A DNA stretch of 64,000 bases from Macrostomum lignano. Taxonomy: Eukaryota. The notes under the pieces are model-generated. The model did no database searches and was not told where the DNA came from. It was given only the letters and a program-made list of their open reading frames with translations. Shown one piece after another: positions 38,713 to 51,344 of the stretch (the first letter of the stretch is position 1; every line of letters starts with the position of its first letter). The position numbers were made by a program, and so were the translations under genes. The stretch lies in the NCBI GenBank assembly GCA_002269645.1, contig NIVC01003234.1, forward strand, positions 45,621 to 109,620. The letters run 5' to 3'.

Positions 38713-41189
38713 TGTCTAACATCCACCCCACTAAACTTATCCCCATGTTAACCTTGAACTTCAATAACTGAAACTCACGAGCTGTCAGTCAGACTGCTCT
38801 TCTCACCAAATAATTGAATTGAAGTTGCAATTTGGACAGCGGTTTGGACGAAGGGGGCGACTTTGGAAAGCAAACACTTGAAGCCCTGTATTGACAGACT
38901 GTTTCAGTGTCGCCCCCTTCGAGACATTCCAAATTCTTGAGAAAGTCAATTGCTTCTTAGCCAATATTTGAATCTTGCTCACTTCGAAGACAAAGTTTTT
39001 AAGACAGAAGACAGACAGAAGACAACCTCTCGCTGATCAAAACTTTGCGGGAGGGGGCTGTTTAATCAGACATGTTGGCCGGGCACCCAGAGTTAAAATA
39101 TCCAAGTATCTGCTGAAGCAGCAATAATGCGATCCGTCGGGCCACTTCAGAGCTACCCCTCCCTCCCCCAAAGCTATCGCAAATAGCTTTGCGATTTGAA
39201 AAGTATAAGGGGGCAGTTATCGATAGATAAGAGAATTAGGGCATAGATAGCACCTTCAGCTCACGTGGCATGGCGCCGTGTTTGAGCTGCTTGCAAGTTC
39301 CTCCGGAGCACCTCCCCCCACAGTCATGTAATTTGCCAGCTTTACAACCCCCCCCCTCCTAGTGGCAGCAATCCCCCCGCCTGTCTGTGTCATAATAAAA
39401 CTAGTTGTTGCAGCCCCTCCCAACAATGCATGGTCAGGTTGCTCCCAAAACACACGAAGCATTATAACCTGCCCCAGCCCCCTGCTTGGGTGGAGCAGGT
39501 GCTGCACCAGTGGCGCGGCACTGAAGTTTTATTACACCGGGACACAGCCTGATCCCCTGTTTTCCACTGGGATTAAGCTACCGCGATGGGCTTAGCGCTT
39601 GTGTTGTGACGCGCCAGGGCAACAGCGAGCCGAGCTGCTTACGTCAGTCAGGCCGCTTCCCCCTGGGGACACCGGGGGGGGGGGGCGGTGTTTCAACTCT
39701 TGTTGAAGAGGCTTCTCGACGCGAGGCGAGGGACCCTCGGGGTCACATGATCGAGGGGCTAAGACGACAGGAGGGGAAAATGGGAACACCTGGACAGACA
39801 GGGGGAACCTGTCGTGTCCCCTCAGTTCCTCCGCGATGCTGCCGTCTGTTTTCCACACCTCTTCCCTGCCGCTGCGAGAGACACAGAAAGAGGGCGGCGA
39901 AGCTTTCAATTTCTTTCGCAACTCGCGCATTCAACGACTTTTGCCGCCTATTGGTCACCCGCGGCAGCAGGCGGGCCGCGGCTCAGGCAAGGCACGTGAC
40001 TGCAGACAAAAATAAGTCCTATAGCGATTTTATAACCTCTATCCCCCAAGGCATCTCGTCTGGCTCCCCAGCCGCCTCCGCTCCTTCCCTCCAAAATGTC
40101 CCAAGACTCACGTGACCCGTTCTGTCCCCAGGCTGCGACTGCTGAACTCTCACAGTGCGTCCCCCAAGCCAGCCAGACAGCCCTGCCCGCCCCCTCGGCA
40201 GGCTAAGAGGGGTAAGGGAGGCGGGTTGGGGGTAAATTGGCAGCAGCGAAGATGAAAGAGCGGGGATCGCTGCGGCCCGGGAGGCATTAAGATGGCGATG
40301 ATAGCCTGCCTACGAGGCCCCTGGCACTCGGCCAGAGCTCGGCAGTGACTCAATTCTGGAACTCCCCCGGCCCTTGCAGCAGAGATTAGCCTTGACCTGA
40401 TGGAGCGAGGGGGAGGCCGGAGACTCCAGAAAAACTAAACGGGGATTAATGCTTGAGCGGCCGTTTTGAGATCGGCCTCGCTGCTGCTCTGAGCGGCAGA
40501 TAAGAAGATAAGAGAGGCTCATGCTGCTGGCTCGGGACGCTTCCGGAGGCAGGCCAGACTGGGGGGGGGGGAGGTGAAGCCAGGTAAACAGGAACTGGAT
40601 TCTCCCATACTGCTGCCTCATCCTCGTCTCGGCTTTGGGCCGAGGAAGCCCACGGCTCTGGAACAGCGGGACCACGTGACCGGCTTGCCCAGGTGAGATA
40701 CGATATTAACGCAAAGGCGAGATTCCCTCTGGCCATGCGTAACAAACAGCTTTATCGATTGTAAGCAATAAATGCTTGGAGACAGAGGAAATGACAGGAG
40801 CTCGCTGAGAGACTCCGTGACTGATAAACGCAGCCTGGACTGGGGCAGCCGGGGCGGCGTCTTTTGTAGCGGCTGGGAGCAGCTTATCTATCCAGGCATT
40901 GAGGCGGTCATGCGCTAATCCACGCATGCCGGTCACGTGCTCTGCAGATTTGAGGCTTTCTCTTTTATTATCTGCTTTTTGTGTTTCTGTCTCGGGTTTC
41001 CCTTTGTCCGACTCTTAGCAGCGGCCGAGGTGCCGCCTGCTCCTTCCCGCGGCTGGCGTGACGCACACGAGTTTCAGGGGGATGTGGCTGGGCGGAGGCT
41101 GGGTAGGCCGGGTTCAGGTCGAGGACGCGGGGCGAGGCTGGACAGGCCGGCAGACAGTGCGCTTGCACTTGCGGGTGAGTAGGCGAATA

Positions 41190-41550
41190 GGCAGGTCAGT
41201 AGGCAGGTCAGTAGGTAGATAAGCAGGCAAGTAGGCAGGTCAGTAGGTAGATAAGCAGGCAAGTAGGCAGGTCAGTAGGTAGATAAGCAGGCAAGTAGGC
41301 AGGTCAGTAGGTAGATAAGCAGGCAAGTAGGCAGGTCAGTAGGTAGATAAGCAGGCAAGTAGGCAGGTCAGTAGGTAGATAAGCAGGCAAGTAGGCAGGT
41401 CAGTAGGTAGATAAGCAGGCAAGTAGGCAGGTCAGTATTTATGTAGGTAAGTCGCAAGTAGGTGGGCAAGTAGGCAAGCAAGTAGGTGGGCAAGTAGGCA
41501 AGAAAGTAGGTGGGCAAGTAGGCAAGCAAGTAGGTGGGCAAGTAGGCAAG
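41190..41550. repeat. 32-bp (GCAGGCAAGTAGGCAGGTCAGTAGGTAGATAA) then 24-bp minisatellite
   Basis: Tandem copies next to the LRRK donor at 41561. Confidence 0.93.
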
Positions 41551-41561
41551 CCGCTACTTAC

Positions 41562-41957
41562 TTCGGTGATGCAGGCACAAGTCGGCTCCGCCATGGCCCC
41601 CACAAAGTCGGGGATGCCGCCGCCGTCTCTCTCTTCAGCCGCTGCCTCCACCGGCGCCTCGGTCCGCGCTGCCCCGTCGTTTGGCAGGGCGATGAACCTC
41701 TCCAAGGCCCAGCGGCTGTGCGTCTTCATGGCAACGCGAATGCCAGCCGCGGTGGGCCGGGCGCCGGGGCTGAGACGCCAGCACTGCTGGGCCAGCTGGC
41801 CCATGAAGGCGGCCTGCTCGGCCTCCTGAACTGTGAACTCGGGGTGCCCGCCGTCCAGCACCACCTTGGTGAGGTTCTCGCTGCTGGGCAGCTTGCTGAA
41901 CGGCCGCTCGCCGCAGATGAGCTCGTAGAGCACCATGCCGAAGGAGTACACGTCCAC
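41562..41957 (-). CDS. LRRK1: LRRK-like exon: kinase subdomains IX-XI (DVYSFGMVLYELICGERPF...CW...RPTA) and start of WD40-like domain
   Basis: ttcag acceptor, GAA|GTAAGT donor, phase 0/0. Confidence 0.95.
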
Positions 41958-42039
41958 CTGAAGGGGACGGGCCGGACATCAGTAGCCAATCCTAATGCCT
42001 CAAATCCCACACCCCGAATCTAAACTCGAAGTTAAAAAT

Positions 42040-43180
42040 CCCACATCCCCATACCGGCAGCTAGGAGCTCAGAATCCCCCATCCCATCCCACATTCGCAT
42101 ATTGGGAGCCAAGAGCTCAGAATCCCACATCCCCATACCGGCAGCTAGGAGCTCAGAATCCCACATCCCCATATTGGGAGTTGGAAGCTCTGAATCCCAC
42201 ATCCCCATATTGGGAGTTGGAAGCTCTGAATCCCACATCCCCATACCGGCAGCTAGGAGCTCTGAATCCCACATCCCCATACCGGCAGCTAGGAGCTCAG
42301 AATCCCACATCCCTATATTGGGAGTTGGAAGCTCAGAATCCCACATCCCCATATTGGGAGTTGGAAGCTCAGAATCCCACATCCCATATTGGGAATTGGA
42401 ATCTCAGAATCCCACATCCCCATATTGGGAGTTGGAAGCTCAGAATCCCACATCCCCATATTGGGAGTTGGAAGCTCAGAATCCCACATCCCCATATTGG
42501 GAGCTGGGAGCTCAGAATCCCACATCCCCATATTGGGAGTTGGAAGCTCAGAATCCCACATCCCCATATTGGGAGCTGGGAGCTCAGAATCCCACATCCC
42601 CATATTGGGAGTTGGGAGCTCAGAATCCCACATCCCCATATTGGGAGTTGGAAGCTCAGAATCCCACATCCCCATATTGGGAGTTGGAAGCTCAGAATCC
42701 CACATCCCCATATTGGGAGTTGGAAGCTCAGAATCCCACATCCCCATATTGGGAGTTGGAAGCTCAGAATCCCACATCCCCATATTGGGAGCTGGGAGCT
42801 CAGAATCCCACATCCCCATATTGGGAGTTGGAAGCTCAGAATCCCACATCCCCATATTGGGAGCTGGGAGCTCAGAATCCCACATCCCCATATTGGGAGT
42901 TGGAAGCTCAGAATCCCACATCCCCATATTGGGAGCTGGGAGCTCAGAATCCCACATCCCCATATTGGGAGTTGGGAGCTCAGAATCCCACATCCCCATA
43001 TTGGGAGCTGGGAGCTCAGAATCCCACATCCCCATATTGGGAGTTGGGAGCTCAGAATCCCACATCCCCATATTGGGAGCTGGGAGCTCAGAATCCCACA
43101 TCCCCATATTGGGAGTTGGGAGCTCAGAATCCCACATCCCCATATTGGGAATTGGGAGCTCAGAATCCCACATCCCCACA
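42040..43180. repeat. 36-bp minisatellite (GAATCCCACATCCCCATATTGGGAGTTGGAAGCTCA)
   Basis: Tandem copies; 12-aa periodicity in five ORFs. Confidence 0.98.
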
Positions 43181-45029
43181 CAAAAAACCCTGGCTGACAA
43201 TTCCCAAGAATATAACAGAATACCAGAACACAGATACAGAACAGCATTAGCTAGCTTGATGACGTCAACCCACAAATCCCGCTCATTCGCGAGGCTCATC
43301 CGTAAGGCCAAAATACCCTTACTGGCGAACTCTCCCCCAGCTACGCCAGCTTCCCAAGCTACGCGCCATCGCGGCTTTGATGCTTTGAAAAAATCAAGAC
43401 AAGAACAGCACCGCTGAGAATCAATCAGGATAAAAGGCGGCATTCAAATATGGGAGCAGAGAAATGAAATGGGGGCGGCAGCGGCGCACACGGCCAGGTC
43501 GGAACAGAAGCCAGACGCCCGTACCGCTGCTGTGTATAAAATTAGAATGACTTTCACAGTGGCATCTCGAACTGATGGGATACCAATGGGGATGAATAAT
43601 AATGCCTAATGAAAGCCGTGAAAGCGCTCTCAGGCTTCAGCAGCCCTGCCTTCGCATTGCCTTGTTTTCATTTTTTGCTTTGGCTACCGCGGATTTCCCA
43701 TAGGGCCGAGGGCTCCGCCATAGAAATGCCGGAATAAGAACGGAAAGGCGGAGCGGAACCTGGGCGGGGCGGCCGCTGATTTTTGTCGGGGAGGCCGGCC
43801 GGCGGGGCAATGGGATCTCGGCTTGGCGAACGGGGCTTTCAGAATCATAAAATAGGCGGCAGATTCGGCGATAAGGGAGGCGCAAGCGGCGGAACAGCTG
43901 CCTCGCTCGGGTCAGTGATGAAGCTGGCTGGGGGGATGCTGGGCCACAGTTTTGACGTCTGGCCGCCCCGCAGTGCAGCTGCTGGTTATTTTTAGAGACT
44001 TCCATACGCGTAGTGGCAGCCTCTCTCTCCAGTGAATGATGACCAGCCAGTGCACGCAGTGTGCCCGCACTAGTTTTTATAAACACCGCCCTATCATGCA
44101 AATTCATTGCTTAGCTCTGCTATTTTTAGGCCAAGGCGTTGAATTGTTGTTAGCTTAATATTATTGACCAATTAATTTGTAAATATTAAAGGCAGCTGGG
44201 CCAGGCAATTCTTTACAAAATGAAATATTTGTGTTATCTCTGCACAGATTGAGTCACGCAGAAATGTGAGAGAGAGGGCAGAAATAGATAACAGGTGAAT
44301 GAAGGCCCTGCATGACAACCAACTGTCACTTGGCAGCCGCCGCCCCCGCACAAAGCAGCCGCAGTAGCTGCCGCTGCCCCCCCCCGCCCAAGCTCAAACT
44401 CGAAAGCCACTTTAAACTCGTCCCGGCCTGTTGTCTCTCGGTTGCTTTCTTTTGAGTCAGTCGGTGGGGGCAGAGAGGCAAACAAGTGGACTCAAAATCT
44501 TCTTATTTTTGAGCGCCACTCTATGCACCGCGCTGACCCAGCCTGGCACACTTGCTGTGCTGTCTGCAGCAGCTTGCAGACTCTGCCCCCCCCTAACGGG
44601 GCTGCCGCACGAACAATGGGAACAGGGGCTCGCATTGCTAAAGGGCAAAAAACAGGCATGGCAAACAGCAGAAAACAAACAACAAGAGAAATTTCATGCT
44701 ATTTATAGCCTGGGGTATAGCGGAGCTCAAGGAAGGCGAAGTAGCTGAGATTAGTGTCTGGTCACATGACTCAGACAGAGGGGCCAAGGTGGAGAAACTG
44801 AGCTCTCAGTTCGGCAGGAGTGTAAAGAAGAGATGGAGGCTGAGAGGCTGGGGAGTCACAGATGAAGTTGATACGCAAGACAGAAGTAGAGACTCATGCG
44901 CGAAGATTCAAAATATGAAAATAGTATTTACGAGTAAGAAAGAGAATATGAGAGGCCAGAGAGGGATAGAAAGAGATGGAGAGATGAAGAGAGATGAAGA
45001 AAGGTAAAGAGAAGTTAGAGAGAAAGTAG

Positions 45030-46022
45030 AGAGTAGGTAGGCAGATGCAGAGAGAGGTAGGCAGATGTAGAGAGAGGAAGGCAGATGTAGAGAGAGGTAG
45101 GCAGATGTAGAGAGAGGTAGGCAGATGTAGAGAGAGGTAGGCAGATGCAGAGAGAGGTAGGCAGATGTAGAGAGAGGTAGGCAGATGTAGAGAGAGGTAG
45201 GCAGATGCAGAGAGAGGTAGGCAGATGCAGAGAGAGGTAGGCAGATGTAGAGAGAGGAAGGCAGATGTAGAGAGAGGTAGGCAGATGCAGAGAGAGGTAG
45301 GCAGATGCAGAGAGAGGTAGGCAGATGTAGAGAGAGGTAGGCAGATGTAGAGAGAGGTAGGCAGATGCAGAGAGAGGTAGGCAGATGCAGAGAGAGGTAG
45401 GCAGATGTAGAGAGAGGAAGGCAGATGTAGAGAGAGGTAGGCAGATGTAGAGAGAGGTAGGCAGATGCAGAGAGAGGTAGGCAGATGTAGAGAGAGGTAG
45501 GCAGATGTAGAGAGAGGTAGGCAGATGCAGAGAGAGGTAGGCAGATGCAGAGAGAGGTAGGCAGATGTAGAGAGAGGAAGGCAGATGTAGAGAGAGGTAG
45601 GCAGATGTAGAGAGAGGTAGGCAGATGCAGAGAGAGGTAGGCAGATGCAGAGAGAGGTAGGCAGATGCAGAGAGAGGTAGGCAGATGCAGAGAGAGGTAG
45701 GCAGATGCAGAGAGAGGTAGGCAGATGCAGAGAGAGGTAGGCAGATGTAGAGAGAGGTAGGCAGATGTAGAGAGAGGTAGGCAGATGCAGAGAGAGGTAG
45801 GCAGATGCAGAGAGAGGTAGGCAGATGTAGAGAGAGGAAGGCAGATGTAGAGAGAGGTAGGCAGATGTAGAGAGAGGTAGGGAGATGTAGAGAGAGGTAG
45901 GCAGATGTAGATAGAGGTAGGCAGATGTAGAGAGAGGTAGGCAGATGCAGAGAGAGGTAGTCAACTTCAGAGAGAGGTAGGCAGATGCAGAGAGAGGTAG
46001 GGAGATGTAGAGAGAGGTAGAG
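45030..46022. repeat. 20-bp minisatellite (GCAGATGTAGAGAGAGGTAG)
   Basis: Tandem copies. Confidence 0.98.
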
Positions 46023-47011
46023 AGAAGAGCAGAGCGGTTTCGCCAGCCAAAGGCCGAATTCAACTCCAAATTCGTCTCTGAGGGTTTCCACAAGCCCCAG
46101 CCTCACACCTGGGCATGGGCGCACAAAGGTGGTAAGAAGATCGAGAATCACATTGGGCAGACAAGCAATAACAATAAATAAATGAATGCAAATTGAGCCA
46201 AAGGCCGGGGCGGCACTGGCAGAGTACAGGCAGACCTGCTAGGTCCAGCTGACACCAGCAGGGGAGCGAGGCTGCCCCCAGGGTCGGCCGCCTCAGCGGT
46301 AAGCAGGCGGAAGTTTACGGCTGCGCTAATTATGTAAGCACGGACAGGGAGCGGCTCGATTTAATCAAGGCGGGACTGGGGGGATATTGAGGTGGGGCCG
46401 GTCGCAGGTGTTGATTAGCAAGACAGCAAGGCCAGCTCATGACGCAGGCTGGCAGTGTCAAGTAAACAACAGCAGAGCCAATTGCTCAGCTGTTCTGCGT
46501 GTCTTAAAAGAAAAGCAAGAAGCAGAAGCAGACACGGCCCCGGTGTCAATTTCTTGCACGCCACGAGTTAACCGCTCGGGCCGAGAGGGACGCACGGGGC
46601 CGGTGGCTGATTGATCAGCGCAGGCCGCAGGAAGGAATGCAAGCAAGTTACGTTTGCAAAACTCTGCTTTCAGCTGGAATGCCAAGGCCATAAAATGCTG
46701 TTGCCGACCTACCGGCTCCGGTGTTTTTGGAAATGAAGGCCAGCCATGGCGGTGGCCGCACAGTTCGGAAAACAGAGCGCGTGGAGATAAAAGCCTTGAA
46801 GCTGAACCTTTCCTTGCTTACCTATGCCTGGGCCTAAAGCGAAACTCGACTGGCAGGCTTAAACCAATTCACCCGAATTGCACTACTTATAGTAGGCGAC
46901 TAGAGCCAGAAGACAGGCAGGCAGCCTCGGAAATCATTGCTGAAGTTCATCGAATACTGTTGATTGCTTCCGTTCTGTCCCGAATACTGAGAGTTCTGTC
47001 CCGGTGGGAAA

Positions 47012-48075
47012 ACTAAACACTCCCAAATCTCATTGGGATAGCTAAACACTCCCAGAACCCAATTGGGTAACTAAACACTCCCAGATCCCAATGGGAAAGT
47101 TAAACACCCCAGATCCCTGTGGGATAACTAAACACTCCCAGCTCCCAATGGGAAAACTAAACACTCCCAGATCCCAATGGGGTAACTAAACACTCCCAGC
47201 TCCCAATGGGATAACTAAACACTCCCAGATCCCAATGGAATAACTAAACACTCCCAAATCTCATTGGGATAGCTAAACACTCCCAGATCCTAATGGGAAA
47301 GTTAAACACCCCAGATCCCTATGGGATAACTAAGCACTCCCAGATCCCAATGAGATAACAAAACATTCCCAGATCCCAATGGGATTACTAGACACTCCTA
47401 GATCCCAATGGGATAACTAAACACTCCCAGCTCCCAATGGGACAACTAAACACTCCCAGCTCCCAATGGGGTAGCTAAACACTCCCAGCTCCCAATGGGA
47501 TAACTAAACACTCCCAGCTCCCAATGGGAAAACTAAACACTCCCAGCTCCCAATAGGGTAGCTAAACACTCCCAGCTCCCAATGGGATAACTAAACACTC
47601 CCAGCTCCCAATGGGAAAACTAAACACTCCCAGCTCCCAATGGGGTAGCTAAACACTCCCAGCTCCCAATGGGATAACTAAACACTCCCAGCTCCCAATG
47701 GGAAAACTAAACACTCCCAGCTCCCAATGGGGTAGCTAAACACTCCCAGCTCCCAATGGGATAACTAAACACTCCCAGCTCCCAATGGGAAAACTAAACA
47801 CTCCCAGCTCCCAATGGGGTAGCTAAACACTCCCAGCTCCCAATGGGAAAACTAAACACTCCCAGCTCCCAATGGGGTAGCTAAACACTCCCAGCTCCCA
47901 ATGGGATAACTAAACACTTCCCAGCTCCCAATGGGAAAACTAAACACTCCCAGCTCCCAATGGGGTAGCTAAACACTCACAGAACCCGATTGGGTAACTA
48001 AACACTCCCAGATCCCAATGGGAAAGTTAAAAACTCCCAGATCCCAATGGGATAACTAAACACTCCCAGATCCCA
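47012..48075. repeat. 29-30-bp minisatellite (AAACACTCCCAGCTCCCAATGGGATAACT)
   Basis: Tandem copies. Confidence 0.96.
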
Positions 48076-48101
48076 ACACCCAGTTGCCAGCAGCCGCTCA
48101 C

Positions 48102-48326
48102 CTTCTCATCGTAGGTGCAGTCCCGCAGCACCTCGGGCGCCATGTAGCCCGGGGTCCCCTGTCTGCCGGTGGTGCCCTGCAGGCCGGTGTTCAGCGAGGT
48201 GCCGTAGTCGCCCAGCTTGACGTGCAGCCTGGCCGCCGGGTCCTTGGAGAAGACCAGCACGTTGTCGGACTTGAGGTCGCGGTACAGCACGCTGAGGGAG
48301 TGCATGTAGGCCACCGCGGTGATCAC
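48102..48326 (-). CDS. LRRK1: LRRK-like exon: catalytic and activation loops (YRDLKSDN, KLGDYG, GTPGYMAPE)
   Basis: YRD and DYG are LRRK hallmarks; cgcag acceptor, AAG|GTGAGC donor. Confidence 0.97.
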
Positions 48327-48379
48327 CTGCGCAGGGCGGGGTTCCAGGATGGTTAGGGTGATTCGGTTCTAATGACAGG

Positions 48380-48950
48380 AGTGACTAATTGGATTTTAAT
48401 GATACAATAAAATGACTAATTGGACTCTAATGATACAATACAGTGACTAATTGGACTCTAATGATACAATACAGTGACTAATTGGACTCTAGTGATACAA
48501 TACAGTGACTAATTGGACTCTAATGATACAATACAGTGACTAATTGGACTCTAGTGATACAATACAGTGACTAATTGGACTCTAGTGATACAATACAGTG
48601 ACTAATTGGACTCTAGTGATACAATACAGTGACTAATTGGACTCTAGTGATACAATACAGTGACTAATTGGACTCTAATGATAAAATAAAGTGACTAATT
48701 AGATTCTAATGATACAATAAAATGCCTAATTGGACTCTAATGAAACAATAGTGACTAATTGAACTCTAATGATACAATAAAGTGACTAATTGAACTCTAA
48801 TGATACAATAAAGTGACTAATTGAACTCTAATGATACAATAAAGTGACTAATTGAACTCTAATGATACAATAAAGTGACTAATTTGACTCTAATGATACA
48901 ATAGAGTGACTAATTGAACTCTAATGATACAATAAAGTGACTAATGGGAC
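48380..48950. repeat. 31-bp minisatellite (GTGACTAATTGGACTCTAATGATACAATACA)
   Basis: Tandem copies. Confidence 0.96.
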
Positions 48951-49064
48951 TCCTAACGATAGCTCGTACAGTAGAATTAATTAATAAGATTCTAATGAAA
49001 CTGCAAAATGACTAATTTGATGCTGCAGACATTAAACGCTTGCCGTCTCCCCCCTCAGTCTCAC

Positions 49065-49518
49065 CTCGTACGCCATCTTGTAGCTGAGCTGGCGGCCCAG
49101 CGGCAGTGCGGTGCCGGGCCGCTGCTTGCGCGCCTCCTCGCGCACCTCAGCCAGAGAGCCGAGGGGCGCCAGCTCGGTGAGGAAGCAGAGCGGCTCCAGG
49201 CAGATGCCGCGGAAGGCCACCAGGAAGGGGCTGCGCAGCGCCTGCAGCACGTTGGCCTCGTGGCGCATCCGTTTCAGGCCGTCGATGGCCTGGTCAAGCC
49301 GGCGGGCCCGCTCCAGCTGCACCAGCGAGTCCGCCGCCGATTCCGCCGAGGGCGCCTCGTTGGTGGCGCCGGCGCTTTCCAGACTCCGCGTGCTGGAGGA
49401 GCCTCGGCGACCGGACTGGAGGCGCAGCTTGACGGGCTCGTCAGTCTGCTGCTGCTGCTGGTCCACGAAGTTCTCCAAGAATTTGCTGATTTTGGCCGCT
49501 ACTTGGGTGTCGCCCAGC
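49065..49518 (-). CDS. LRRK1: LRRK-like exon: kinase N-lobe (VAAK, long insert, RHEANVL, ELAPLGSL)
   Basis: ttccag acceptor, GAG|GTGAGA donor; ELAPLGSL and KMAYE match LRRK family motifs. Confidence 0.95.
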
Positions 49519-49589
49519 CTGGAATATCGGATAGCAGAGCTTCTGCTGAGAGATGCACAAGACTCCAAATTCAATCAGTCGCCCACATA

Positions 49590-49890
49590 CCAGAAGTCAC
49601 TCAATGCACTCAGAAATCACTCCATGCACTCAGAAGTCACCCCATACACTCAGAAATCACTCCATGCACTCAGAAGTCACTCAATGCACTCAGAAATCAC
49701 TCCATGCAGTCAGAAGTCACTGAATACACTCCAAAATCAATCAATGCACTCAGAAGTCCCTCCATGCCACTCAGAAGCCACAATCCACAAATTGCACCCT
49801 GGAGTCACTAATTGCACTCGGAAGTCACTAATTGCACCCGGAAGTCACAAATTGCTTCCGGAAGTCACTAATTGCACGCCGAAGTCACCA
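49590..49890. repeat. Two adjacent about 20-bp minisatellites (TGCACTCAGAAGTCACTCAA; CGGAAGTCACTAATTGCAC)
   Basis: Tandem copies filling the intron. Confidence 0.9.
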
Positions 49891-49908
49891 CAGCAATCCG
49901 ACCCTCAC

Positions 49909-50225
49909 CAGGCCCGGTAGACGCTGCCAAAGGCACCCTCGCCCAGCAGGCAGTCGGGCTCCCGCCGCAGTCTGAGCCGTCCGGCCTCCACAATGGCCGA
50001 GCGATCGACGTCAGCAAACAGCAGCTCCGGCACGAGGCTGCGCGGCTCCGGGGCGGCGCCGCACCGAGGGCAGCGCAGCGGCCGGCTGGTCAGGGCGCGC
50101 TCAGCGCATAGTCGGTAGCCGAACCAGTGCACCTTGGCGCGCCAGTCCGGTACCCGCTCGGACAGAGCGCTCAGTGACACGTAGCCTCCGTCCATGAGGC
50201 TGGACAGGCACTCCGGACATGGCAC
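49909..50225 (-). CDS. LRRK1: LRRK-like exon: end of COR and kinase Gly loop (LVPELLFAD...LLGEGAFGSVYRA)
   Basis: Matches LRRK1 LVPELFMTD...LGQGGSG; catcag acceptor, TG|GTGAGG donor. Confidence 0.95.
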
Positions 50226-50254
50226 CTGATGGGGCGGATCGATTCATCTCAACC

Positions 50255-50610
50255 AGTTTACCCACAGATTTCTACAGTTTACCCTCAGATTTCTACAGTT
50301 TACCCACAGATGTCTAAAGTTTACCCACAGATTTCTACAGTTTACCCACAGATTTCTAAAGTTTACCCACAGATTTCTACAGTTTACCCACAGATTTATA
50401 CAGTTTACCCACAGATTTCTACAGTTTACCCACAGATTTCTACAGTTTACCTACAGATTTCTACAGTTTACCCTCAGATTTCTACAGTTTACCCACAGAT
50501 TTCTACAGTTTACCCACAGATTTCTACAGTTTACCTACAGATTTCTACAGTTTACCCTCAGATTTCTACAGTTTACCCACAGATTTCTACAGTTTACCCA
50601 AAGATTTCTA
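50255..50610. repeat. 21-bp minisatellite (AGTTTACCCACAGATTTCTAC)
   Basis: Tandem copies. Confidence 0.97.
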
Positions 50611-50624
50611 CCCTATCCACTCAC

Positions 50625-51285
50625 CAGCCGGCGCATCAGCCCGCTAGTCGCGCCGCCGACCAGCCCTTCATCGGCGTTGCTCTCGCCGTCATCCTCGGCT
50701 ACGTCGGCGTAGCCGTCCTCCTCGAAGCTGGCCAGGCCGGGGAACCAGGTGTCCAGCAGCAGGTCGACCTCGTCAACCAGCAGACCGATCGGGGCGAAGT
50801 TCCTGCTCTGGCTGAGCACGCACAGCTCCAGCTCCACGCCGCTGTCGCCCAGCTGGATGCCGAACCGGCCGTCGTCGTGCTTCACCATGAAGCCGCGGCG
50901 CCAGCAGCAGATGCTGGTCCGCTTGCCGAGCAGCTCGCGCTCCCAGCCGCCGAGCGAGCGGCTGCTCCGGCTGAGAATCTGGACGGAGTCGGCCGCCCCG
51001 ATGGAGGAGGAGTACAGCAGCCGGGAGGCCGCGCTGGGCTGTCGGGCGAGCAGCCGCGGCTGGTCGCGGCGCCGATTGCCGGCGTAGAAGAAGCGGGCGC
51101 GCTCCTTCAGGTCGGCCACGGTGGAATGCAGGCGGGCGGCCAGGCGGGGCCAGAGGCCGGGAGGGAAGTAGGGGAAGCGGTACACGCGGAGCAGGGCGCG
51201 GCAAGGCTGCAGGGACTCGCGCGGCACGTACTCCGGGTCCAGCGGCTCGGTCGGGCGCTCGGCCAGGTCGTTGGGGAACAGCAGG
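50625..51285 (-). CDS. LRRK1: LRRK-like exon: COR-B (RVYRFPYFPPGLWPRLAARL...ICCWRRG...LLDTWFPGL)
   Basis: COR consensus Y.P.G.W.RL and .WFPGL; ttccag acceptor, CTG|GTGAGT donor. Confidence 0.95.
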
Positions 51286-51344
51286 CTGGAATGAGAAATA
51301 TTATTAAATCAAGTTTGCCACCTGTGGCAGCATGACAGGAGGTC

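Noticed and set aside
41020-41174. Plus-strand exon-like segment (TTAG acceptor, GG|GTGAGT donor) in the LRRK intron
   Set aside because: The peptide has no recognisable homology and no partner exons could be linked; it is mentioned only as a hint in the nested-gene finding.
41995-43443. 290-400-aa ORFs on both strands
   Set aside because: A 36-bp unit keeps all frames periodic; the region is intronic with no domain signal.
44894-46151. Long hydrophobic minus-strand ORFs
   Set aside because: They are translations of the 20-bp minisatellite.
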